From NCBI RefSeq assembly GCF_000143415.4, contig NW_003314378.1, positions 477,363-523,344 on the forward strand: 45,982 bases of DNA. The letters are read 5' to 3'. The notes beneath the pieces were generated by a model, which had not been told where the DNA came from, did no database searches, and saw only the letters and a list, made by a program, of their open reading frames with translations. The position numbers and the translations under genes were made by a program. Source of the stretch: Selaginella moellendorffii. Lineage: Eukaryota > Plantae > Lycopodiophyta. Below, one piece after another: positions 1-11,400 of this stretch (position 1 is its first letter; each line of letters opens with the position of its first letter).

Positions 1-512
1 ACTCCATCTTGGGCCATCTCGGACTCCATCTCGGGTCCATCTCGGACTCCATCTCGGGTCCATCTCGGGTCCATCTCGGACTCCATCTCGGATCCATCTC
101 AAATCCATCTCGGACTCCATCTCGGACTCCATCTCGAACTCCATCTCGGGTCCTTCTCGGACTCCACTTCGGACTCCACTTTGGACTCCACTTCGGACTC
201 CAACTCGGGTCCATCTCGGACTCCACTTTGGACTCCACTTCAGACTCCACTTCGGACCCCAACTCGGGTCCATCTCGGACACTTCCACGTGTCATGTGTT
301 GGTCCTTTTTGGGTCCCTTTTTGGAGCCTCGCTTATTGCTCACTTCATGCTCATTCCTCGAGCACTTCGTTGGGAGTTCCACTCCCGCTCTTGACTTTTC
401 AAGTCGGAGCTTTTGGTCCAAACATGTTATGCTCGTTTGGCTCTCGCTTCGGCCACTACCACGTGGCGCCCTTTCGGCTCCACTTTGGGGCCTAGGGATT
501 TTGTGTCTCACA
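1..512 (-). repeat. 3' LTR (partial) of copia-like element with GAGATGGAGTCC/GAAGTGGAGTCC minisatellite
   Basis: Reverse complement of the start of the LTRs at 4133, 20481 and 43027. TG terminus at 512, adjacent to the PPT. Confidence 0.9.
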
Positions 513-524
513 ACTCCACCACCC
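513..524 (-). promoter_or_regulatory. Polypurine tract
   Basis: GGGTGGTGGAGT immediately before the 3' LTR. The same motif precedes the LTR at 20481. Confidence 0.75.
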
Positions 525-699
525 ATAGATGAAGTTTAATGTCCTCATCGAACGGTAAACCATTTTGTAAAGTAACACTCGCATGTGTTACCATTTCCAT
601 CCTTGGCACTCAGCCAATATTTGTCTATGGTTTGACATTGAAGGCTCACGATGCCTTATCCATCCTCTAAGGAGCATAGTCCCTCCAACATAGAGACTC

Positions 700-3600
700 A
701 TTCGGCCACCTGGGGTGGTTTGCTCCCTTTTATTGGTTCAGTTCTCGTTAAACCCGTTAGAGACACCTTCTCTAACTCAATTCCACTACTCATTCTTGAG
801 TAATCTCAGATTCCATCGACATAACCTTTGCACTTTGGAACTTTTAATTTTGACTTCTCAGAGTCAATTTCCTAGGTGTCTCCAACACCTTATATTGCAC
901 ATGGTGCAACTCCACTTCCCCATCCTAGGAAGTTCTTTACTTGAGGGCACCATCATCCTCTCTTCGATATCATGCCACCTTTGGCACTAAGTTCCAGTTA
1001 TTATAATTTGTGCTAGGGCTGCCCACGGACCTATTATTTGGCTACCTTACTCCCCCTTGGAGCTTCCACTCTCGCCAAATCAGAGCGGTTGGGAATCCAT
1101 CATTGGGAAAATATTGCCTTTCCTACAATCCGTTAGCACCCAACACTTTAATGTTCTCGGCCTAACTTTGCCATTTGGATTCTTTCCCCTGATTCCCATG
1201 GCTCTTTTCTTAGCCACTAGTCTTTTGCTCCTATCCTTGATTGTTACACTCAGCAACATAGGATCACTACCTTCATTTTTGAGGTATCCTTTCGGTTCCG
1301 TAGCAAAGACTCTTCTTTGCCAAGTCCGGAGGGTGTTCACCCCTAGTACATCTCTTTAGCATCTTCTGCTGTAGGCTCTATCCACAACCCAACTCTGTGA
1401 CCCTCCCATGGGTCTCCTATAGAGACTACTTTCCTCGGACTCACTTTGCCATTGCATTGACATATCTCATTTCCCTAAGGTGTCCTTCTCACTTAGTCAC
1501 TTTGACCAAGCCACACCATCATCAATAGTTCTAATCAACACTTTGAACTTGGAACTTTATCCCTTAACCTCACAAAGACCTTGTCCTTGTTTTGGCCATA
1601 AGATCACCTAGTGATCTAACCTTGGCACCTTAACAGTTTTGCCATTAGGTACTAGGTCTTCTAGACCTTTAAGTTGTTGACCATGGCCCCGGGGTCATCC
1701 CCCACACTTGGCGGTGCACCCAAGCCAGCCTATCCGGCCAAGGGTCTATAGCAACTGAGACTAGGTGTCCCCATCTCATTTACCACATCTTTGGTGCCAC
1801 TTGCACCAAAGTTTCCAAGTTAGATATGCCGAGCTTTCACACTAAGCAATCTAACCGTGCATCACGACTCTGAGGCATCCCTCGCTTGGCGGTGTGCCCA
1901 AACCAGTCTCCCCACTGAGAGTCCATGACCATCGAAATATGAGTGTCCTCATATTCCAAACCATCACCACACCCTAGTGAGTTGGGACTCAAACCCAAGC
2001 ACTAGAGGGTCGGGACTTGAACCCAACCTCCGTATATGCATCTACGGACGGCATCACACCGGATGCCTAGCGTGACTCCCCACGCCGGTGCACCAACTTA
2101 TATTTAAAGTGCGCTACAGATCACAGCTTAGGAACCTAGTTCCTCCACACTGCCAAGTCCTCTCACTTGACATGTCTGTGATCATGCATGGACTCCTCTA
2201 TGCTTGGCCCCATGGGCCACCCTTTTTTAAGTTAGCACCTTCAACTAGGGTATTTTTTCCCCTCGACTTGCCAATCTCACTTAGCAAGTCAGCTGGCCAC
2301 TGTAACATGGTTCGTGCATAAGCGTGAAAGTCCTCAATCATTGACTTTTGTTTTTCTCTTTGAACACTTGGGAACTACTTCCCCAATCTTGATAGCCTCG
2401 CCTCATGGCAAGCTTCAAGACCACGCTTCTGCTGCGCCACTCTGATTTCGCGCGTTCTATGAACCATTTACACTTGGCTTTCTAGGTATTCAGCTACCTA
2501 GAACTGTCTTTGGGAACCTTTCGAAGGAACTCTGTCCCTTTAGCTTGCTAAGGCCTCTACTTTCGCAAGCTTTCCAATTGCCATATAGTCTAACATTTAT
2601 AATTCCACATTTTAAACTTTTCATGGCATTGCAGTTGCTAGTAACAACATCCTCAAGCACCCTTTTGATTCTCCACTCCCAACTTGCATAACCACCATTG
2701 GTTATGCCCTTCGATTTCTATGATTTAGTTCCATCCTAATACTATTTGCCCTTTGGCCTCATATGTTTCCTTTGGTTATTCTCCTCCAGACTAGGAGACT
2801 AGCTTTGCACATTCTACCATACCTTAACAAATATTCATAGGGATAAACCTACCCAATAGCTTAGGGAGTGGTTCCTCAATTTGGGCATGCTCACCTTATA
2901 ATCCCACACACCGGGATTACCGTTGCTACTTATGGGCCTCCATATGCCCATCATTAGCCTTGCCAAAATCCCATTTTTGGCTTTGTCCAAATCGGGTAGA
3001 CGGATTCTTCCTGTCTCCACAACCTTGGACATTTGGATAACACCTCCTATCCATCATTCGCTAAGGACTTTATCCCTTGGGCCTTATCTATTGCCCTCGC
3101 GACACTAAACACCACCTCTTGGTGTTCTAGAGTGTTTAGATGTCCCAATGATGGCCTCCGTGACAATGAGCATTTCCTTTTACGACATTGACTTACTATG
3201 TTGCAACATAAGCAGTTTTTCCCTCATAAGGGTATATCTAACTTTCTTATCCCAATAAAAGGTTTTAGGTAGTTACCTTCTACCAATTTAACCAATTATT
3301 TTGCACCTTTTGCTTAGTTGCCTCATAGTCGTCAAATCCTACAACTCATTGTTGGTGCTTCCACACCTCCATCATTATTTGGGTCACGACACTTTAACCG
3401 CATGCCATCCATTTCCATTGGGATTCCTTTGGAAGGGGTTCTCATAAACCTGCCAACTTGACCTCAAAGCAGCACGCCTTGGCACATTCGGTGTCTCCAC
3501 ACCATCGGCTCCATGACCCTACCTTTATGACACTTCTTACTTGTGTCTAAGTCTTTTTGCCAAGACTAATATGGTTGTCTCTTATGCCAATTATCCATTA

Positions 3601-6100
3601 GCATTGCACTATAGAGTCCACGCACAACTTTGTGTCAAAGTTGTTTTCTTCTGGGAAACCCTTTCCCACGACTTTAGCATGGCATCTTCTGCCATGAATG
3701 AGATACCTACTGTTCTCATACTTGGATCTTAAGATCCTCCCCATCCTTCATGGGGCACCACACCCCTCAGTCTAAATGCTTTTACCAATCCTTTAGGATC
3801 ATCCCTTGACTCTACTTGAGTCATCTAGCATTTTCGGACTTTACTAATCCAATGACCCATAAGGTCCTATTTTTGAGGTGCCGCACATTGGAATACAACT
3901 TCGTGTATTCATGTCCTACTCCTAAGGACCATCTTTGCAAGTGTCACTCTAACACTTTATTATTTTCCGTTCTCTGTGGGCTACCTTTGCCCCTTAGGAC
4001 TACCTGTCCATATGATGAGAATACTGACTTATCCTTTGAGCACACCCCTAACTCCTTGGGTTTGTTCCAGCATTTATAAAGGTAACATTGGCCACCACTT
4101 CAAGGACTCGTGTCCTCACCTATACTTGACCTTGTGAGACACAAAATCCCTAGGCCCCAAAGTGGAGCCGGAAGGGCGCCACATGGTAGTGGCCGAAGCG
4201 AGAGCCAAACGAACGTAACACGTTTGGACCAAAAGCTCCAACTTGAAAAGTCAAAAGCGGGAGTGGAACTCCCAAGGAAGTGTTCGAGGAATGAGCACAA
4301 AGTGAGCCATAGGCGAGGCTCCAAAAAGGGACCCAAGAAGGACCAAAACATGACACGCGGAAGTGTCCGAGATGGAGTCCGATATGGAGTCCGAGATGGA
4401 CCCGAAGTGGAGTCCGATATGGAGTCCGAGATGGAGTCCGAGATGGAGTCCGAGATGGAGTCCGATATGGAGTCCGAGATGGAGTCTGAGATGGAGTCCG
4501 AGATGGAGTCCGAGATGGACCCGAGATGGAGTCCGAGATGGAGTCCGAGATGGACCCGAGATGGAGTCCGAGATGGAGTCCGAGATGGACCCGAGATGGA
4601 GTCAGAGATGGACCTGAGATGGAGTCCGAGATGGAACCGAAACCGGGACCGAGACCGAGACCGAGTCCGAGTCCGAAACCGGGACCGAGACTGAGTCCGA
4701 GTCCGAGTTCGAGCCCGAGTCCGAGTCCGAATACTAATACAGGTAGTTGGGTGAAAGCCCAAAGCGATCGTCCCCCAGGGGGGGGCTGCGGGGGGTTCCA
4801 AAAGTATAGTAAGGAGAGTGTGGGGGTTGGAGCCCAGTGGAGCCAGTTTGGCCAGGAAGGGCCAGTTTGGCCCAGGAAGGACCAGTTTGGTCCAGGAAGG
4901 TCATACCCAGTGTTGGGTGATGAACTGACCACTGGGAAGTCCAAGACTAGAGTGAATACGGACCGACAAGCGGGGTAGCTTGGTGAAGTGTTCGAGAGCC
5001 GGCTCTAGTTCCCCCGGGAGATCGACTGGCCGATGCTCCCAATCCAAGTGTGGGTGGCACTACCTACTTGGATACCTGTCGTGGCTCAACGGAACCTCGC
5101 TCTAAGCCCCTGGCTAGAGCACCTAAAGGCGGAAGGCGGGGAGAGTACCCATGAGGCCCGCGTAGGGCCACGGTGTTCCGAAATGGTGTCCCAAAGTCCC
5201 AGACTGTGGAAAGGAAGAGGGGCAGCCCTCTGGTGTGGTGACCAAGGACACAGTCAAACAGTGAGGAAGTCCTAGAGGATAGTGGGACTTAGTGGTCGGG
5301 CCAGTGGGCCTTGATCCAGTGGCAATGTTGGCGAACACAGCCAGGGACAGAAAGGGACTTGGTAGGGACTGGAACCGAGATATTGGGGAAGGCTATTCCC
5401 CATGTCTGTAGGCATCCTAAGGATGTTAAGGAGAGGATCTGGGATGATCCCTCATGGACGGATGACCCAGTCTTTGAGAGACGGGATTGGAATGCAGGTG
5501 GTGTTGGACCACCAGTGTGACCAAGGTAATTGGGCATGGCCTTAGCGTAACGGGCCGATACGTCGGTGGTACCTTGGGGTGTCGATCATGGGATCGGACA
5601 CATGGAGCACCTGGACCAAGTGCTAAGGTTGAGTGGCATGGATGCCATTCTCGGGGCTAGCAAGCCCCAAGTCCTGAGTTGGACTTATGGAGGTTGTGAA
5701 TGAGACTCCTCCAAGTGGTCGGAGGTATGGTTAAGTGACTAAGGTAAAATGGAAAAATTAGTCGCTTACAGACCTCTCACGGTCATCCATTCCAGTCTCA
5801 CCTTCATGAGCACCAGCCTCAACTATGTGAGGATAATCTTGTGACTCCTTTATTGTTAGGGAGTCTCTATCTTTCCCGTGATCCCAACTATAGTTGTTTG
5901 CCACAACTACCTTAGCCAATTTGCTGAGCCAAATGCTCATCCGGATCACATCCTCAACTCAATGAGGAAAACCTTGCACTGTTCCCAAGATCCCAAAGTC
6001 GTTCCATTATTGGCCCTTTTCTATCCACCACATCGTCTACAAGTTCACATATGAACTGTAATGGAGAGCCATATCTTCCCGACTTGCTACTCCTCAAGGA
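700..6100 (-). pseudogene. Highly decayed copia-type gag-pol, split by solo LTR at 4133-5770
   Basis: Only short ORFs remain. Weak similarity to copia integrase (KCLRSDNGGE-like, WAEA-like) and RNase H motifs. Boundaries approximate. Confidence 0.55.
4133..5770 (+). mobile_element. Solo LTR of the same copia-like family, inserted antisense into the host element
   Basis: TGTGAG...CTTACA termini. Perfect 5-bp TSD GACCT at 4128-4132 and 5771-5775. Confidence 0.95.
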
Positions 6101-6180
6101 TAGGCCCATTCCTCGGACCTTCCGATGCCAACACTAGTGGTGATATACTTGAGCACCAATAAAAGTCAGACTAAGGAATA

Positions 6181-6192
6181 GCTCCGATACCA
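6181..6192 (-). promoter_or_regulatory. Primer binding site (initiator tRNA-Met type)
   Basis: TGGTATCGGAGC 3 nt downstream of the LTR end. The canonical plant PBS is TGGTATCAGAGC. Confidence 0.9.
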
Positions 6193-6195
6193 AGT

Positions 6196-7147
6196 TGTAA
6201 GTGATTAATTTTTCCCTTCTACTTTAGTCACTTAACCCCACATTCGACCACTTGGAGGAGTCTCATTCACAACCTCCATAAGTCCCATTCAGGACTTGGG
6301 GCTTGCTAGCCCCGAGAATGGCATCCATGCCACTCAACCTTAGCACTTGGTCCAGGTGCTCCACGTGTCCGATCCCATGATCAACACCCTAAGGTACCAC
6401 TGACGTATCGTCCCGTTACGCTAAGGCCATACCCATTTACCTTAGTCACATCGGTGGTCTAACTCCATCTGCATTCCAATCCCGTCTCTCAAAGACTGGG
6501 TCATCCGTCCATGAGTGATCATCCCAGATCCACTCCTTAACATCCTTAAGATGCCTACAGACATGGGGAATAGCTTTCCCCAATATCTCCGTTACGGTCC
6601 TCACCAAGTCCCTTTCTGTCCTTGGTTGTGTTCGCCAACACCACCACTGGATCAAGGCCCACCGGCCCGACCACTAAGTCCCACTATCCTCTAAGACTTC
6701 CTCACCGTGTGACTGTGTCCTTGGTCACTACACCAGAGGGCTACTCCTCTTCCTTTCCACAATCTGGGACTTTGGGACACAATTTCGGAACACCGTGGCC
6801 CTACGTGGGCCTCATGGGTACTCTCCCCGCCTTCTGCCTTTGGGTGTTCTAGCCATGGGCTTAGAGCGAGGTTCCATTGAGCCACGCCTGGTATCCAAGT
6901 AAGTAGTGCCACCCATACTTGGACTGGGAGCATTGACCATTCGATCTCCCCGGGGAACTAGAGCCGGCTCTTGAACACTTCACCAAGCTACCCCACTTGT
7001 CAGTCCGTATTCACTCTAGTCTTGGACTTCCTAGTGGTCAGTTCATCACCCAACACTGGGTATGGTCTTCTCGGACCAAACTGGCCTTTCCTGGGCCCAA
7101 CTGGCCTTTCCTGGCCAAACTGGCTCCACTGGGCTCCAACCCCCACA
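6196..7147 (-). repeat. 5' LTR, truncated at the DNA transposon TIR
   Basis: Reverse complement of ~4819-5770. Similarity stops abruptly at 7147. Confidence 0.92.
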
Positions 7148-7148
7148 A

Positions 7149-7170
7149 GCTCTATTTCGTTAAAGTGGGA
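7149..7170 (+). repeat. Left terminal inverted repeat
   Basis: GCTCTATTTCGTTAAAGTGGGA, followed by an inverted subterminal copy TCCCACTT at 7181-7188. Confidence 0.9.
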
Positions 7171-7588
7171 ATTGTCATTATCCCACTTGTAAAATAAGGT
7201 TTCCAAACCTTTATATAGTATATAAATATAACAAAATTCAACTGCATTGAGGCACATGCCATTTTATTTTAAACAAGGAAATGTCTACTCAATCACTTCT
7301 CCTCCCCCTGCCACTGCTTCACCTCTCTCTTCTCCTTGTCATCGTCGTCCAATTTCTTTCCATCCTTTTAATATTGGCTCAGTTGCTCCGAGTCTAGGTG
7401 GAGCCCAAGTCCCCATTCAATCTTTACTTTCCCCTTATTAATAAAACAACTTCGTAGACTTCCAATAACATGCTGTAACACTTCTAGTATAATGCAAATC
7501 CTCTCAAAGAATTGTCTTTTAATATTAATACAATGGCATGGAACCCCATGCCATAATAAGTTACATTTTTAAATAAATACATGCCATC

Positions 7589-8473
7589 TCAGACTGTTAT
7601 TTTTTGCCTCCAACGCCTATACAATAATCTTGGAATTTCATCACTCTTCACACTATCAGGATTTAAACCCAATAGTAATGCCATCTCTTCTCTAATACGT
7701 CCACGCTCATGTTCAGTGGTCGAAGAACCCATCCGGTTGAGCAGATTATGGAGATGCGGATAGTGCTTAGCTAGACAATATACATGCCATAAATGATGAC
7801 TGGTGTTTGTCCGATCAAATGGCTTCTGATATACCGTTCCATCTGCCATTTGGTTGATTTCTGCAGCCACCTCCTGGACTGGCCGGTTCTCTATCACCAT
7901 CGCTTCAAGCCGTTTTGCAAGGTCCCCCAGAACATATGGTTTCTTCTCCCTAGTTTCCATACTGCAAGAGATGGGGTGCACTGCATATGTGTGCGTGTTC
8001 ACTGTAGTTTTAATCGGCGAGTCATCGATGATGAGGATTTCACTTGACCTAGCAGTCCGGTTCATCACTACAGCCTCTAGCTTGACGAAGATGGGCTTGC
8101 TACCCCTCATATAGACCATAGTCAAGCAATCCTCCTGTGTTAGGAGAAAGTCAAATGGTAATATTACTCGCGTCTGATCGTGCATCATCTGTAGCAATGT
8201 TAATGCATTGTGGCGCATCATGGATGTCCAAACTCCCAATTGCAAATTGAACCCAGCCCTCTGTTTTAAGTATCGCATGGTCATTATTAGATCCCGCAGT
8301 TTCTCCCCTGTGATTAATGTGAATCTGTCTCTTTTGACCAACTTGCGACCGCAGGCTTTGGAGGGTGCAGTGACATTCGAGGACGAGCCACGCTCATGGG
8401 AGAAAAGGACACCGTTCAGATCAAAAACGATACAGTACTTTCGCCGTGACTCTGAAATGAAATGCGTCAGCAT
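7589..8473 (-). CDS. FCP1/SCP/NIF-family HAD phosphatase-like domain (probably the last exon of the accessory gene)
   Basis: Motifs IVFDLNGVL (HAD motif I variant), GVWTS, LLTQEDC, KPIFVK, LIIDDSPIK..N..AVHP. Intact 294-codon ORF with a splice acceptor TTTCAG at 8452. Confidence 0.85.
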   Translation of the reverse strand: MLTHFISESRRKYCIVFDLNGVLFSHERGSSSNVTAPSKACGRKLVKRDRFTLITGEKLRDLIMTMRYLKQRAGFNLQLGVWTSMMRHNALTLLQMMHDQTRVILPFDFLLTQEDCLTMVYMRGSKPIFVKLEAVVMNRTARSSEILIIDDSPIKTTVNTHTYAVHPISCSMETREKKPYVLGDLAKRLEAMVIENRPVQEVAAEINQMADGTVYQKPFDRTNTSHHLWHVYCLAKHYPHLHNLLNRMGSSTTEHERGRIREEMALLLGLNPDSVKSDEIPRLLYRRWRQKITV

Positions 8474-11400
8474 AAAAAATGGTACAAGTCAAAGTCAATA
8501 CAAGTCAAAATCGTCGTTATTGTGATCGTCACCATTGTGAGGACCATCCAAGTCCTCTTCGTCCTCCTCTTCTTCGTCCTCCTCTTCTTCGTCCTCCTCT
8601 TCTTTGTCCTCCTCTTTGTCCTTCTGCTCTTCCTGCTCATTATCTTTCTCTGGCTCCTCATCCCCCTCCTGCATTTCTTCCATATGCTGCTCAGGCTGGA
8701 TGGCTTGTTTTTCCAGGACCATCTTGGGAAAATCATTTGGCCGAGTCTCCATCTCAAAATACAAGACATCCATAGCCTGTTTTAGTGCTTGACCTAGGAC
8801 CGTATCCTCACCCGACTGTCTTAACATGGTTTCTGCACGTTCTTGCACCCTTCGAAGACGATGAGATGAGAAAAATGTGGCCCTGACTTGAAAAGCATCC
8901 CTCATCCATTGTACCTCTCCATTGAGATTGGGGAAGGGGAGTCCGCCATAGGAATCTGAGTCAGAAGGTGGTGACTGGCTCCTTTCACTCAGCCCTTGAT
9001 CTGCAATGAATGGCATGAGCACACACGCCATAACCGCGAGGCATTACCTATCATCTTTTCGTTGCCCTTCTTCCTTTTCGAATCAAACGCCTCTGATCCC
9101 GACGACTGTCCAACGTGCTTTCGCTTTTTATGACCACTGTCAGTTTGAGCTTGGCTGGTGCTTGCCTGTTTTGCCTTTGAAGAAGTGTCTCCTGCAAGGA
9201 ATGGCATGAGACCACACGCCATTGCAAATATAATTTGTACCTCCTTTTTTCCTATTGCTTGTCTGTTTGTCCTTCTTCGACGCGCCACCAGTGCGCTTTT
9301 CGGTCCTCGTGTCTGAATATTCACAACGATCTATAATCAAAATGGCGTGAGGCCTCACGTGACCTTACCTTGTGCAGGTTGTGAGCTCGGCCTAACATCA
9401 GTAGCTGTTAACGCCGTTTCAGCATCTGGGGGTGGCCACGCTCCTGCATACAGAGCTTGTGAGATAACATTTAAACTTAAAGTGCGTACTCACCAGGTTC
9501 GTAGAGAAGATACTGTTTTTCTTTGGCAACTGTAATTATATGCTCCATTGAAGTCACCTCTTCAATGGAGTTTGTCACCGCAACACACAGGACACCCTTG
9601 AGTAGTGCGGCTCGAAAGAATAATCCGCCGCAGTTGTACTCGACAATGCATTTGCCCTTGGAGTCACCCGCTATTGCGTTGAAGACCCAGCTGAGCATTT
9701 CCCATGCTGCACCTGGAGCTTTCTTTGGATTCGAAAGCTCCATAGCCGTCTTCAGTTCCTCAGGCACGGGTAAATTGACCTCCCTCAGATCAATTCGATC
9801 AGCCTTGTTGAACGAAGCTGGGAAGTCACTCCAGTCCCACTCTGCTGCAGGACCAATAACAAGGGCGAGTGTGAAGATGCGGACATTCGTCAGTATCTTC
9901 TTCTTAGCCATTATCCCATGGATCTCCCGCATCTCCTTGCCTTTCAACCGAGCCTTCACCTTGTTCAAGGCCTTCTAGAACTTGTGATAGGATTCGAAGT
10001 CGTAGATCATATAGTGGACTGAAGATTCCACCTCCGCAAGTCCCACCATTAAGTCAATGATGGAGCTGACTTCATCTGCATGAGTGATCTCCTCGTTTGT
10101 GAAGTCCATCACACAAAAGATGTTCTTGACCTGCTCATCTCCGCGGGAAACGATGCTCCTCCACCTTTGATCCTCATCCGAATTCACGTATACCCGGTAA
10201 GGTTCTCGATAGGCCTCTGCTGCGGGGTCGAGCTGTTTCTGAAGCCGGCGGTCGACATCCCTCTTAATGAAATTTGGATACTGATCCAACTTCTCAGCTT
10301 TACTTTTCGTGGCATCCCACAGCAGATTGATGAACTTGGGGGCCCCCTTCACGTAGTCGTCGATGTCTTCATTTGACAACTCCAGCTCTTCCATCATCTC
10401 TTGCGTGGTGTCGATGCTCACCCTCTCCACGGCCATTTGCTCAAAGATCCAATCCTTCAATAGCGCACGAGCTCTCAGAGTCGTGCACAAGTCCTCGTAT
10501 GTCACAATATGGCCGGGAGTCATTTTGGTCTTGTTGAAGACTACCTCACCACGTAGAAGAGCATTAGCCACTGTCAGAAGGTTGTCGTCGTCTAGAGACC
10601 GCGAGAAACGCAAGGCCTTGAGCTTCAAATCATTGGGCTTCCGGCCGTCCTCCACACCCATTGAGTTTAGCAACTCCCCGTCATGGTACCTCCTCAGCAC
10701 ATCTACCCATTTGTCAAAAACAACTTTTGTCGCGAGTAGAATGTTATGGATGCTGAGTGTGTCATTGACCCCCAGTGTTTTCGAGAGAAGACTCGAGAAT
10801 TCCTGCAATGGAAATGGCGTGAGGCCACATGCTATGCCACATGCAACGAGGCTTACCTGCTAGGCACTAGTTGCTAGTGCACGTCCTTGTCCTGGTTTTT
10901 GTGGCTTCTTCAGTTGAACCCAGAGCTTCCGTGTTCGTGCCAATGTCTCGTGCAGACCTGATTTGTAGCACGTTTCTTGCTTGACATTCTGCGCGTGGGA
11001 GATGTATATGATAGATTGGAGGGGCGAGTTGCCTTTTATCAGGCGGACAACTCTTGTCTTGAAGACTTTCTTCACCTCCTCGCCCACCATAATATCCACA
11101 ACTATCTGTTGCATCGCCAAGCTAGAATGCTGCCCGGAGACGGCATAGAACCGGATGTTCTGATCGTCCAACACCTTCCTATTGATCAAGTCTGGAAACC
11201 TCATCTCGCCCTTCATTGTTCGGTAGTAGGGTATCACGTCTGCGATGTCGGGTGTTACTGGACTTGCCAGCATCTTCTGCTTCAGTTTCTCCACCCACTC
11301 ATCAGATACTAGCCTGTGGTTGTATTTGCTTTGGATCTGGATACGGCTCACGTCGATTGTATATACTTTGTTGGAATAGTAACAAGTACTATTATCTGCA

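Larger units (their letters stand above)
1..7147 (-). mobile_element. Degenerate Ty1/copia-derived LTR retrotransposon (5' LTR truncated, 3' LTR runs off window start), interrupted by a solo LTR
   Basis: On the minus strand: 5' LTR 7147-6196 ending ...CTTACA, tRNA-Met PBS TGGTATCGGAGC, internal region, PPT GGGTGGTGGAGT, then 3' LTR starting TGTGAGACAC at 512. Decayed integrase-like (GMRLKCRDPNNDGG, ~3370-3410) and RNase H-like (GIELEKVSL, ~770-790) segments are in copia order. Confidence 0.85.

Noticed and set aside
1-540. Long ORFs with SISD/LGLH/SRTP/MESE/WSPR repeats (also 4100-4978, 20600-21406, 43015-44092)
   Set aside because: Translations of stop-free LTR minisatellites, open in all six frames; not proteins.
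4365-4730. CRISPR-like appearance of regular short repeats
   Set aside because: Head-to-tail 6-12-bp units with no unique spacers, eukaryotic LTR context and no cas genes.
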